This document shows positions 37,975 through 47,772 of a DNA stretch of 64,000 nt, in pieces (the first letter of the stretch is position 1; every line of letters starts with the position of its first letter). A program made the translations under genes and the position numbers. The stretch is from NCBI GenBank assembly GCA_037146775.1, contig JBAWWL010000001.1:197464-261463 (forward strand), in the 5' to 3' direction. The notes beneath the pieces are model-generated. The model was not told where the DNA came from and searched no databases. It saw only the letters and a list, made by a program, of their open reading frames with translations. Origin of the DNA: Candidatus Omnitrophota bacterium. Lineage in GTDB: Bacteria > Omnitrophota > Gorgyraeia > Duberdicusellales > 4484-171.

Positions 37975-38178
37975 ATGTTTTCGACTGATCACGATAAAAT
38001 TTATCGGACTAAAGAGGTGCTAAAAATCGTAGGAATATCCCGGGCTACGCTTTATAACTGGTTTCGGGATGGGAAGATAAGGGAAGTGGCGCGGGATAGA
38101 AATGATTTTCGTATTTTTACCGAAAGTGATGTACAGGTAATCTTGTCGTATAAAAATATGGTGAAAGCGCCGGTATGA
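37975..38178 (+). CDS. Small MerR/Xis/BldC-like helix-turn-helix DNA-binding protein, 67 aa
   Basis: Y.TKEV.K.VGISRATLYNW...GKI...RDRN.FRIF...DV; no effector or coiled-coil domain. Confidence 0.85.
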   Translation: MFSTDHDKIYRTKEVLKIVGISRATLYNWFRDGKIREVARDRNDFRIFTESDVQVILSYKNMVKAPV

Positions 38179-38540
38179 TATTTGGAAAAAAATATAGCGA
38201 GAGGCGGCAATACAAGAGAATTGATTGTTACTGTTTGATTCGCTATAGAGCGTTGAACAGCCAGGGTGCATACACGGAGAATCTTGCTTCAATACGTAAT
38301 ATCAGCGGCGGCGGTCTCCTGTTTAAATCACGGGAGTATTTACCGGTAGGAACGCAATTAGAAGTAAAAATAAATTTTGTAGCCCTGGAAAAACCAATTT
38401 TTGTTTTAGCAAGGGTAGTGCGTTTTGAGGCGAATAAAAAGAATGCGGGCAGCTATCGCATAGGGATTTTTTTTACTACTATTAAGGACCAGGATCGTAA
38501 AATCATAACTCAATTTACCGAGTCTGTGGAAGAGAGCTGA
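38175..38540 (+). CDS. Stand-alone PilZ domain protein
   Basis: ERRQYKR (RxxxR) and NISGGG (D/NxSxxG) c-di-GMP motifs. Confidence 0.9.
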   Translation: MIFGKKYSERRQYKRIDCYCLIRYRALNSQGAYTENLASIRNISGGGLLFKSREYLPVGTQLEVKINFVALEKPIFVLARVVRFEANKKNAGSYRIGIFFTTIKDQDRKIITQFTESVEES

Positions 38541-38541
38541 A

Positions 38542-40641
38542 ATGGCAGTTGCGGGCGACATAAAAAATAAGCTTGAACAGGAAATCAGAGTCACGTTGCG
38601 TGATTATTGGGAGATTTTTTATAAGCACCGTCTCGTTTTTTTGATAACTTTTGCGATAACATTGGCAATCGGTACTGTTGAGGTATTTTTTGTTATACCG
38701 CTGCGATATAAGGCGACAGCCGCCGTCATTGTTGCACCTCCCTCTGTCCAGTTAATATCACAGCGGCAAATGTTATTAAGGGAGAATTATGTTACCGCAG
38801 ATGAAGTTGAGCTGATGCGTAGCGGTGAGTTGATGCAAAAACTTGCGCTTTTTTTAAAAAATGACAAGGAATACGATTTGAATGTAAGCGCTAACGATCT
38901 TAAAAATATAATAGATATTTATCCGCGGCCGAGAACCGGCATTGTAGATATTGAGGCAAAGAGCGCATCTTCGCCTATCGAATGTTTTTATATAGTAAAA
39001 GGCTTACTTCAGGTATATCAAAAAGACGGGGAAGAACGTAGAGAGAATATAATCAAGCGTACCTATGATGACTTGAGCACTCAGCTGGGGCAGAAAAGAA
39101 AAGAATTGGAAGAGGCGGAACGCAAGCTCACCAAATTTGTTATTGACCATGAGATTATCGCCCGCGGTATCGAGGCTGGAGAGGAGGCCGTTAATCAAAA
39201 GGAAAGCGGCAAGACTACGCAGGAAAATGAATCAACAATAAATGCGAAATATTTAACTTTGAAATCTCAACGTATTGATGCGGAAAACTTTTTGAGCGAT
39301 GTAAAGAGGTATAGAAAAGATAGCGGCGATGTTGCGGCCTTGGTTTTTATCGCCAAAAAGGAACCCAGCCTGGTAGATTTGAAATTGCGCGATAAACTTT
39401 ACGAAGCAGAGCGAGAACTTTCTAAGCTTCTTCTTACTCAGAGCGAGCTGCATCCTGATGTTATCAAGGCAAAAGGCCAGTTAGATGAGGAGAATAAAAA
39501 AATAAGCATGGAGCTGGATAGGGCGGTGCAAAGCTTGGAAATAAGTATTGTTTCGGTGCGAGCGGAAGAGAATAAATTGCGCAATCTGATTAAGGATGGT
39601 TTAAGCGAGACGATGGTTGAGTATTCTGCGTTCAGGCGGGAAGTGGAAGTGAAAAAAAATATTTATGATAATTTTATTCAGGAGCTTCAACAGCTTGAAT
39701 TAATTTCGAAACTTTCCCGGGTGCCATTTTTAAAGATTCTACGCGCACCAACGCTTCCCGATGGCCCCACGAATCCCCGTTCTGTCTCGATGATTTTTTC
39801 TTTTTTCATGTCGCTTCTTTTTTCTGGGGGGCTAGTATTGCTGCTTGAGCATGTCAATGTCAGCTTAGAAAACGTAGAAGAAGTGGAAGACCTTTTGGGT
39901 TTGAGCGTTTTAGCTACTGTGCCCTTCTGGAAAGGGCACAGCCGCGAGGATGATGTGGTGCAGCCAGGGGGAAGGCATGTGCTTGGCCTTATCACGCTAC
40001 GCCATCCAAAGTCTATTATGAGCGAAGCGTTCCGAATGTTGCGCACAAATATTAAATTTGTCAGTGTTGATAAACAGATAAAGACGATTCTGATAACCAG
40101 CGTGCTTCCTAAAGAGGGAAAATCCATGGTTTCGGCGAATCTGGCAGCGATTATGGCCAGGGCCGGAGAAAGAGTGATAATTGTGGACGCAGATTTACGA
40201 AAACCAATGGTTCACCAGTATTTTGATATAGATAATGCAAAAGGATTAAGTACTCTCTTGGCAAGTAACGATTCTTTGGACGATATCGCTCTATGCGATA
40301 CGGAGATAGAAAACCTTAAAGTGTTACCTTCGGGTCCGATTCCTCCTAACCCGAATGAACTGTTGGCAACGTATCGGTTGGAAGCAATTTTGTCAAAGTT
40401 AAGCGAGCAGGCTGATTTGGTAATCGTCGACTCAACCCCAGTGTTGGCGGTGAGCGACAGTTTAATCGTAGCCGCTAAAACCGATGCAACGCTCTTGGTG
40501 CTTTTTGCCAGCAAAACTCCTAAGCGCGCCGCGCAGAGGACAGAACTTTTGCTCAAAAATTCAGGAGCAAAGATATTGGGCAGCGTCTTTAATGGTGTTC
40601 AAACCATAAAAGGCGGCTATTATTATAACTATAACTATTAG
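38542..40641 (+). CDS. wzc: Polysaccharide co-polymerase/tyrosine autokinase Wzc
   Basis: Wzz N-terminus, HPDV coiled coil, 2 TMs, EAFR.LRTN, PKEGKS, VDADLRKP, C-terminal YYYNYNY. Confidence 0.92.
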   Translation: MAVAGDIKNKLEQEIRVTLRDYWEIFYKHRLVFLITFAITLAIGTVEVFFVIPLRYKATAAVIVAPPSVQLISQRQMLLRENYVTADEVELMRSGELMQKLALFLKNDKEYDLNVSANDLKNIIDIYPRPRTGIVDIEAKSASSPIECFYIVKGLLQVYQKDGEERRENIIKRTYDDLSTQLGQKRKELEEAERKLTKFVIDHEIIARGIEAGEEAVNQKESGKTTQENESTINAKYLTLKSQRIDAENFLSDVKRYRKDSGDVAALVFIAKKEPSLVDLKLRDKLYEAERELSKLLLTQSELHPDVIKAKGQLDEENKKISMELDRAVQSLEISIVSVRAEENKLRNLIKDGLSETMVEYSAFRREVEVKKNIYDNFIQELQQLELISKLSRVPFLKILRAPTLPDGPTNPRSVSMIFSFFMSLLFSGGLVLLLEHVNVSLENVEEVEDLLGLSVLATVPFWKGHSREDDVVQPGGRHVLGLITLRHPKSIMSEAFRMLRTNIKFVSVDKQIKTILITSVLPKEGKSMVSANLAAIMARAGERVIIVDADLRKPMVHQYFDIDNAKGLSTLLASNDSLDDIALCDTEIENLKVLPSGPIPPNPNELLATYRLEAILSKLSEQADLVIVDSTPVLAVSDSLIVAAKTDATLLVLFASKTPKRAAQRTELLLKNSGAKILGSVFNGVQTIKGGYYYNYNY

Positions 40642-40651
40642 TACTACGGTA

Positions 40652-41506
40652 ATGAAAAAAAACAGGGTGGATAATACTTGTAAGATACTAGCGCTGGCGG
40701 CTATGGTTTGTATGCTTGCTTGTGTTCATTTGCCTCAGCACAAAGTTTCTTCGATTGATACCGGCAAGGCCGCAAGTGCTAAAAAGGAAACAAAGGATGT
40801 TAAGGCAAAAGAGGTTGTCGAAGTGGAATTTGTGGCGGCTAAAGATCTCGATGAAGATTCGTGGGCGGCAGAGAACTATTTAGTTGAAATAGGCGATGTT
40901 TTGGAGATTTCGGTATGGCAGATCCAGGAGTTACAACGGGAAGTCGTGGTGCGGCCCGACGGAAAGATTTCGTTTCCGCTCATTGGAGATGTCGTGGCGG
41001 TAGGAAGGACTATTGACGAATTACGGCAGGATATTGTTGATAAAATTAAAATTTATATCAAGGTACCGCAGGTTTCTATCAATATCATAGAGTTTGGTGG
41101 TAAAAAGGTGGCGGTATTGGGAGAGGTGGGCAGTCCTGGCCTGGTAAGATTTAACGGTCCAACTACTTTGGCTGAAGCTCTCAGCTTGGCGGGAGATCTT
41201 ACCTACCAAGCCAATAAAGACAGGGTGTTTATTTTACGTACCATGCCCGGCGGTAAGCCGGTAGTAATTTATGCCAATGCCAACAAAATGCTGAAAGAAG
41301 GAGATTTGCAGGAGAACGTTTTTGTCCGTTCCGGCGACATCGTATATGTGCCCAGGTCTTTTATCCATGATTTTACCTATTTTATGGATAACGTATTTGC
41401 TAAAATCGTAGGTTACGGTGAGACGTACTATGGCGATACCTGGAAGCGATTCTATGGAGGCACTACCAAAACCTGGAAATACAAGAGCCAGATGACCCTT
41501 AGGTAA
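40652..41506 (+). CDS. wza: Polysaccharide export lipoprotein Wza/OPX
   Basis: Lipobox MLAC, Y....GDVLEISVW, VRPDGKISFPLIG, SLBB domain, GDIVYVP. Confidence 0.9.
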   Translation: MKKNRVDNTCKILALAAMVCMLACVHLPQHKVSSIDTGKAASAKKETKDVKAKEVVEVEFVAAKDLDEDSWAAENYLVEIGDVLEISVWQIQELQREVVVRPDGKISFPLIGDVVAVGRTIDELRQDIVDKIKIYIKVPQVSINIIEFGGKKVAVLGEVGSPGLVRFNGPTTLAEALSLAGDLTYQANKDRVFILRTMPGGKPVVIYANANKMLKEGDLQENVFVRSGDIVYVPRSFIHDFTYFMDNVFAKIVGYGETYYGDTWKRFYGGTTKTWKYKSQMTLR

Positions 41507-41510
41507 TAGT

Positions 41511-43268
41511 ATGCTGCAGAAAATGAAAAGATTTATCGAAGGATTTAAACGCAAAAAGTTATTTTTTACTATCCCTTTTTTCTTCATTCTATTTATTGCT
41601 TTGATCGCTACCGTCATGAACAAACCGTATTATCGCGTAGTGACTACCATAAAGGTGGAAAATTCATTTGGCGTAGAGCTGTTGCAGCCAGAAATTATTT
41701 CTAAGGTATTGAGCAACACCGGTTTCTTGGACAGGAAAGACCCGGCGCGTTCAATCGCGTGGTTTAAAAGAATGGTGGCAGTAAACAAAGATACTTCTTC
41801 GGGGTTAATGGAGGTTTCTCTTACGGGTCACGATCAAACTATCCTCACACGCTTGACACGGGTATTGGCGCACGCGTATGTAGACGAGATTAATACAAGA
41901 AAAGAGCAGATGAGGCGCAGCGCGATACAGAAAAAAGAACAGGAATTGGAAGAATACAAAAATAATCTTAAGCATGAGCTGGCCGGTATTAAGAAAAAAT
42001 TGGAAGAGTACGAAGATCAGATGGAGAAGATCCGTGAGGAAGAAAAAGGAACTGCTTCAAAGAAGGAACCTCTGCGCGCGCAGTTGGCCGGAATGGAAAG
42101 CGAACGTGCTGATCTTTTACGTATTTACACCACTGCTCACCCAGATGTGATCCGACTTGACTCGGAAATCGCGCTCATAAAAGAAAAGATAAATACAATT
42201 CCCGAGGAACCATCGGGGAAGCTTAAGCTTGAACGAGAGCTGAAAGAATACCGGAGTTTATACGAAATTCTTCAGTCAAGATGGGATGAGGTCAGCCTCA
42301 AAAAAATAGACGATTTAAAGGATATCAAGGGTGGAGCGAGTATTATTTCTCCCGCTCAAGCGCCTTCGGCGCCGGCGGACATGATGATGAAGGAATTTAC
42401 GTTTTTGTTCGGCCTGATTATTGCGATAGTCGTGGGGCTATTTTCTGCTCTTACCGCGATATTTCTGGATACTTCGTTATTGACGGTGGAAGAATTTATT
42501 TTTTATACGCATCTTCCGGTTCTTGGTGCCATACCACTGGTCCGGGCATTTCAAAATAAACATATGCAAGGCAGCAGCAGTCTGCTCTTGGATTACGAGG
42601 GTAATAATGCGATAATAGAGCCGTATCGGATTCTGCTCTCGCACGTCCAGTCAACACTTTTTAACGAGCAGCTCAACGGTGTGTCCGTTTTGGTAACGAG
42701 TTCTGTAAGGGGGGAAGGTACTTCGACGACTGCCGCCAATCTTGCGTTGGTCATGGCACGCTCGGGCAAGCAGGTGTTATTGGTAGACGCGAACTTCTCT
42801 CACTCTTGCCTGCATCGGTTGTTTGGCATTGTGACGGTTATCCCCGGGTTTACCGATATCTTGCACCAGGGGGTCGCCTTGGATAGCGTTACTAAGGACG
42901 TAACCGATATAGTATTGGGGAAGGTTAGTTTAAATGCGGTGATCCAGTTTAAGGGGTTAGACCGCCTCAAGATTATTACCCGTGGTTCACCTCTTGCGGA
43001 TGCGAGCGGTTTATTACGCTCTGAGCGGATGGATGCGTTTTTAACCGAATTAAAATCAAAATTTGATTGTATCGTTTTTGATGGTCCGGCGATTATGGCC
43101 AGTGCTGACAGTGGGATTCTTGCTTCCAAGTGCGACGCTACCTTGCTTGTGTACGGCGCGGGCAAAACTCCCAAGGCGATGCTTAAAAATGCCGTGACTC
43201 GGTTGGAAGCTATCCAGAAAAAGAGGCAACTTCCGCTGAAAGGGGCGGTTCTCAACCAATGTATTTAG
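41511..43268 (+). CDS. Second Wzc-like co-polymerase with degenerate kinase domain
   Basis: 2 TMs, HPDV coiled coil; Walker A reads GEGTS, A-prime VDAN; no Tyr cluster. Confidence 0.8.
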   Translation: MLQKMKRFIEGFKRKKLFFTIPFFFILFIALIATVMNKPYYRVVTTIKVENSFGVELLQPEIISKVLSNTGFLDRKDPARSIAWFKRMVAVNKDTSSGLMEVSLTGHDQTILTRLTRVLAHAYVDEINTRKEQMRRSAIQKKEQELEEYKNNLKHELAGIKKKLEEYEDQMEKIREEEKGTASKKEPLRAQLAGMESERADLLRIYTTAHPDVIRLDSEIALIKEKINTIPEEPSGKLKLERELKEYRSLYEILQSRWDEVSLKKIDDLKDIKGGASIISPAQAPSAPADMMMKEFTFLFGLIIAIVVGLFSALTAIFLDTSLLTVEEFIFYTHLPVLGAIPLVRAFQNKHMQGSSSLLLDYEGNNAIIEPYRILLSHVQSTLFNEQLNGVSVLVTSSVRGEGTSTTAANLALVMARSGKQVLLVDANFSHSCLHRLFGIVTVIPGFTDILHQGVALDSVTKDVTDIVLGKVSLNAVIQFKGLDRLKIITRGSPLADASGLLRSERMDAFLTELKSKFDCIVFDGPAIMASADSGILASKCDATLLVYGAGKTPKAMLKNAVTRLEAIQKKRQLPLKGAVLNQCI

Positions 43269-44065
43269 CGTATTGGAAATTCAAAGAAAAACCGTTCGAG
43301 AATACGCCCGATCCTCGGTTTTTGTATAAATCAGCGAATCACGAGGAAGCATTAACAAGAATGAGTTATTGTATAGAAGAGCGCAAGGGGGCTGCGATGC
43401 TTACCGGAGAGTATGGATGCGGTAAAACCGTTTTGATCAGAACGCTTTTGAAAGAGCTTCTACGGGATGAATCGAAATACAAAGTAGCGCTCATTGTAAA
43501 TCCGTCTTTTTCGCCCAGTGATTTATTGAAAGAAATAATTTTTCAATTCGAAAATACTTTTTTAGCCGGCAGTAAATTGATGTTGATGCACCGGCTTAAT
43601 GATATTTTATTTCAGTGTATGAACGAAAGTAAAAAAACAGTTGTGATTGTTGATGAGGCCCAAGCCATACCCGATCATGCAATGTTTGAGGAGCTTCGGT
43701 TGCTTTTAAACTTTCAAAAGAACGACCAGTTTCTGCTTACGTTGCTCTTGGTCGGCCAGCCGGAATTATCCCAGCGGGTTGAGAGGCTGCCACAGCTGAA
43801 ACAGCGCCTTTCGATGGCTTATCATTTGAACAAACTGAATGAAAATGATATTTCTAAATATATCGATTACCGTTGTGCGGTTGCCGGCCGCAACGATATG
43901 ATTTTTAATGAACCGGCGATTAAATTTATCTCGGAAAAAACCAGCGGTATTCCCCGTAAAATTAACACGGTATGCGAATTATCACTTTTGCAGGGAATGT
44001 TTGAGAAGAAAACAATTATCGACGAAACTATAGTAGCAAAAGTAATAGAGGAGGGTTGGCTATGA
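43259..44065 (+). CDS. ExeA/GspA-family AAA ATPase (EPS/exosortase-associated type)
   Basis: MY..YW...EKPF...PDPRF, TGEYGCGKT, VDEAQ, LVGQPEL, SGIPRKIN..C. Confidence 0.9.
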   Translation: MYLAYWKFKEKPFENTPDPRFLYKSANHEEALTRMSYCIEERKGAAMLTGEYGCGKTVLIRTLLKELLRDESKYKVALIVNPSFSPSDLLKEIIFQFENTFLAGSKLMLMHRLNDILFQCMNESKKTVVIVDEAQAIPDHAMFEELRLLLNFQKNDQFLLTLLLVGQPELSQRVERLPQLKQRLSMAYHLNKLNENDISKYIDYRCAVAGRNDMIFNEPAIKFISEKTSGIPRKINTVCELSLLQGMFEKKTIIDETIVAKVIEEGWL

Positions 44066-45069
44066 TACGCATGAGCGACATTATTAAAATGAATGCGGTA
44101 AACGAATCCGGCAGCGAGAAGAAAGTTCTATTGAAGGAAACACAAAAACAAGATATCCCTATTGTCGAGAAAGAATCGGAAATACAGAAACTGGAAGGTA
44201 TGAAATTGTACAATAGAGGCATTAACTTAATTGAAGATGTGCTCAATAAAGCCAGAGTTGAGGATGATTGCAGGCCTGGGCTTGTTGTTGATTTCGCGAA
44301 AATATTAGTAGAAAACGTACTTACCGAAGAAGATGAACAATCTTTGCGTTTCTATGAAATAGGTTCTCCCCAGGATTATCTTCCCAGCCATTCGTTTAAC
44401 GTAAGTTTTATGTCAACAAAAATCGGCATGTGGTACGGTTTGAATAAATCGCAGCTTACGGAGTTGTTCATGGCAAGTTTTCTGCACGACGTAGGTATGA
44501 TTAAAGTGGAAAGCATCGTGAGAAAAGAGCACAGTTTAAGTACTCAGGAACGCATGAGGGTCCAAAGACATCCTGAATACAGCGAACAAATGATACGCAA
44601 AATGGATTGTCTGGGCGAGGATGGTTTGAATGCGGTAAAAACGCATCATTGCAGGGGCCAGCGTGATATATTCTCTCAGATTATCAGTCTCGCGGATATT
44701 TATGAAGCGATAACACATCCGCGTGTGTATAAGCCGGCAAGATCCGCACATCAGGCAATAGGCGAAGTGATTGAGAAAGAAACGGAAAATTTTGAGCAAA
44801 ATATATTAAAAGCGTTTGTAAACAATATAGGAATTTATCCTGTCGGAAGCTGGGTGGCATTAAATACCGGTGAGACAGGAATGGTAATTGGGGCTAACAA
44901 AGGTTACCCTTTGAGGCCAAAAGTAAATATTATTTTTGATCGTGAGGGAGAACAGCTTAAAGAAAAAAAGATTTTAGACTTTTTGACGGAACCTTATTTT
45001 TATATAGAAGGGCCCTTTGATATCGCTGGTCAAGAGTGCTTGAAGACTGCGCAACAAGCGGGAAACTAA
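44056..45069 (+). CDS. HD-GYP-like protein with degenerate GYP loop
   Basis: HS.NV, LHDVGM, HP..S, ADIYEA.T..R.YK, GIYPVGS; HHER.DGSGYP replaced by HHCRGQRD. Confidence 0.82.
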   Translation: MAMIRMSDIIKMNAVNESGSEKKVLLKETQKQDIPIVEKESEIQKLEGMKLYNRGINLIEDVLNKARVEDDCRPGLVVDFAKILVENVLTEEDEQSLRFYEIGSPQDYLPSHSFNVSFMSTKIGMWYGLNKSQLTELFMASFLHDVGMIKVESIVRKEHSLSTQERMRVQRHPEYSEQMIRKMDCLGEDGLNAVKTHHCRGQRDIFSQIISLADIYEAITHPRVYKPARSAHQAIGEVIEKETENFEQNILKAFVNNIGIYPVGSWVALNTGETGMVIGANKGYPLRPKVNIIFDREGEQLKEKKILDFLTEPYFYIEGPFDIAGQECLKTAQQAGN

Positions 45070-45127
45070 GATTGTGTGTTCCGAAAACCGCCATTTTCAA
45101 TAATTGTTTTTCAGAAAAGGAGGAGTG

Positions 45128-45580
45128 ATGCGTAAGGAGGATACGGTAAGAAAAAGTTTATGCAACGGCCTGTTCGCAGCAGTGTGTGCGTTTCTGTTCT
45201 TTTTCCAGTCTGTAGTCGCCCAGGAAGCGTATCAGAGAGCGGGTAGCGCAAAAGAGAACGCGCAAGGCGGGTATGATTTTTACAGTAGTGTTGGCGGACA
45301 GAAGACAGGCTATTCGAAGAAAAACAGGTTCGATGGCTATGATTATTATGACGGCCGCGGCAATAGAATTGGGGTGCTCAAGAAAGATAAGAAAACACGA
45401 AATACCTATAGTTTTTACAACAACGAAGGCTTAAAGGCAGGTATTGTGGTTAAGCAGGTTACGGGTGTTTATTATTATAAGGATGCGAGAAGCGGAGGGG
45501 TAACCAGTATTGTTCCTCTCGTTAGGAATGATCCGGGAAGTTTGCCGCCTGAAATATTCCAGAGTTACCGCGGTCAATAG
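45128..45580 (+). CDS. Secreted hypothetical protein with Tyr/Gly beta-hairpin repeats
   Basis: RBS AGGAGG, signal peptide ending VVA-QE; repeats GGYDFYS, DGYDYYD, NTYSFYN, GVYYYKD. Confidence 0.65.
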   Translation: MRKEDTVRKSLCNGLFAAVCAFLFFFQSVVAQEAYQRAGSAKENAQGGYDFYSSVGGQKTGYSKKNRFDGYDYYDGRGNRIGVLKKDKKTRNTYSFYNNEGLKAGIVVKQVTGVYYYKDARSGGVTSIVPLVRNDPGSLPPEIFQSYRGQ

Positions 45581-45627
45581 GAGGACGGGAATTCTGAACC
45601 AGAAGCGAGAAATATAAAATAATTATT

Positions 45628-46872
45628 ATGCGACTAAATGAGCAGGAACTAAAATACATAAGCGAACTTTTGACGATTACCACAAAGATGTTGAGCGCTT
45701 TTAATCTCAATAAGCTGCTCAATCAAATATTAGAGGCATCGCTTGAGCTTTTAGAGGCGGATGCCGGGTCTCTTATGTTAATAGAAGAAAGCGCTCAAAT
45801 GCTGAAGATAAGAGCGAGCCGCGGTATTGATGCTGCCATTGCCGAAAAAGTACATGTTAAAGTCGGCGAATATATTTCTGGCTGGGTAGCGAAAGAAGGA
45901 AAGCCGCTTTTATTGGTGGGCGGATTAAAACAAGATTCTCGTTTTCAGCACTTAGATGAAAATAAAAATATAAGATCATCCCTTTCGGTGCCATTAAAAG
46001 TAGAAAACAGGGTGATAGGCGTGTTGAATGTCAACAAAGTAAATTCTACAAAGGTATTTACTGAAGCCGATCTTACTTTGGCGTCATTGTTGGCAAACCA
46101 AGCCGCGATATCGATTTGGAACGTAAAATTATACGAAGAAGCCAAAAAGGCGCATGAGGAGTTTACGGCGGCTCAAAATCAGCTAATCGCGCGCGAAAAA
46201 ATGGCCGCTCTGGGCCAGTTTTCTGCAGGCATCGCTCACGAGATTAATAATCCGCTAACCGCGATTATAGGCAATGCGCAGTATCTTATGGATATTGTAC
46301 CCGTAGACAGTTTTGGCCGCGAAGAGATCATGGAGATCAAGGAAGCGGCTGAGCTCGCTTCAAGAATTATTGCCAGGCTTTTTAATTATTGTTCTCCTCA
46401 GGAATACAAACAAGAACTGGTAGGCGTGAATGAGATTATTACTAAGATAACCGATTTGGTGAAGATACAATTTGAAAAGCAAGGCATAACGGTTGTGCTG
46501 CGCCTAAGTGAGCAGCTTTCTCTGGTTACGATGAACCCCGACGAATTAAAAGAAGTTCTTTTAAATATCATTTTGAACGCTAAACAGGCAATGCCTTCCG
46601 GCGGTAATTTCACCATAGAAACTAAAAATATTGAATCAACGCAACAGGTTGAAATTGTTTTAGTCGACACAGGGTGCGGAATACCTGAGAGTATTATAGG
46701 CAAAATTTTTGACCCATTTTTCACGACGCGCCGGCCTAATGGAGCTGGTTTAGGGCTTGCAATCTGCCAGCGTATTATTATCAATAATAAAGGCGCTATT
46801 AATGTGGCATCACAGCCAGGCAAGGGGACTGTTTTTACCGTGCGGCTGCCTTATGGTGTATCGCGCACATGA
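45628..46872 (+). CDS. Soluble GAF-domain sensor histidine kinase
   Basis: GAF (SVPLK..VIGVLN), H-box AHEINNPL, N-box NAKQAM, DTGCGI, FDPFFTT, GLGLAI; no TM. Confidence 0.93.
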   Translation: MRLNEQELKYISELLTITTKMLSAFNLNKLLNQILEASLELLEADAGSLMLIEESAQMLKIRASRGIDAAIAEKVHVKVGEYISGWVAKEGKPLLLVGGLKQDSRFQHLDENKNIRSSLSVPLKVENRVIGVLNVNKVNSTKVFTEADLTLASLLANQAAISIWNVKLYEEAKKAHEEFTAAQNQLIAREKMAALGQFSAGIAHEINNPLTAIIGNAQYLMDIVPVDSFGREEIMEIKEAAELASRIIARLFNYCSPQEYKQELVGVNEIITKITDLVKIQFEKQGITVVLRLSEQLSLVTMNPDELKEVLLNIILNAKQAMPSGGNFTIETKNIESTQQVEIVLVDTGCGIPESIIGKIFDPFFTTRRPNGAGLGLAICQRIIINNKGAINVASQPGKGTVFTVRLPYGVSRT

Positions 46873-46896
46873 TGCGATGTTGCAGGAAATAATAAG

Positions 46897-47751
46897 ATGG
46901 CAAAACCGGTTATTTTAATTATTGATGACGAAGCCGCGATCCGCAGGCTCTTGCTAAAGGTTTTAGCCAGGGAAGGATATGAAGTCTTGACCGCCGCAAG
47001 CGGAGAAGAGGCTTTGAAAATGGTTGCCGAACGGCCGGTCGATTTAGCTATCGTTGATATGAAAATGCCCGGTTTAAACGGAATAGAAACGATACGGCAA
47101 ATAAAAAATATTCACACGGGAATCAACTTTGTCATTATTACCGCTTTCGGCGATATGGCATCCGTCAGAGAGGCGGCACAGCTCGATGTATTCGACTATG
47201 TTTCCAAGCCGTTTGATTTGGATTACATAAGGCACCTAGTGCGTTATGTAATAGGCGGAATTAGGCCGCGTACTCTTCCCTATGCCGAATATATGGGCCA
47301 GGTTTTAAGCGGAGAGATGAGCTTGGATGAGGTGAATAAGAAAAAAATTGATTCGTTGAAGGAAGATATCAATCGGCGCTCGCGCGTGCTTCGCCATACC
47401 CAGGAATATGCCGGATATACCAGCCAATACTATCGAGAGAGTTCGCATAAAAATAGATTTCTGCATAAAGCGAAAAAAGTCGTTACAAACTTTTATTTTA
47501 TTATTATCGCGTGCGGTATTATCGTGGGCGTTATATTCAATTATATCTATGCCCAAATTTCTAGCAAAAATATTTATCAGTCGGCTACGCGCGAAAAACG
47601 TGTTACGATCTATGATTTTTTGCAGGCATTAAACGAATTAAAATACTGGATGCAAAAGCATACCGAGCAGGGTATGCGTTCGGAACGAGACGCGATACGC
47701 GTGCCGGAATATCCGCAACAAGGTACGCCAGAAGAAACAAATGCGGAATGA
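46897..47751 (+). CDS. Response regulator receiver protein with a C-terminal TM helix
   Basis: IIDDE, VDMKMPG, ITAFG, SKPF intact; hydrophobic FYFIIIACGIIVGVIFNYIY near aa 199-218. Confidence 0.85.
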   Translation: MAKPVILIIDDEAAIRRLLLKVLAREGYEVLTAASGEEALKMVAERPVDLAIVDMKMPGLNGIETIRQIKNIHTGINFVIITAFGDMASVREAAQLDVFDYVSKPFDLDYIRHLVRYVIGGIRPRTLPYAEYMGQVLSGEMSLDEVNKKKIDSLKEDINRRSRVLRHTQEYAGYTSQYYRESSHKNRFLHKAKKVVTNFYFIIIACGIIVGVIFNYIYAQISSKNIYQSATREKRVTIYDFLQALNELKYWMQKHTEQGMRSERDAIRVPEYPQQGTPEETNAE

Positions 47752-47772
47752 AACCGAATTAGGGAGAGTGTA

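Noticed and set aside
37975-38178. Excisionase marking a prophage or integrative element
   Set aside because: No integrase, att-like tRNA or phage genes in the window; the gene is coupled to PilZ and wzc
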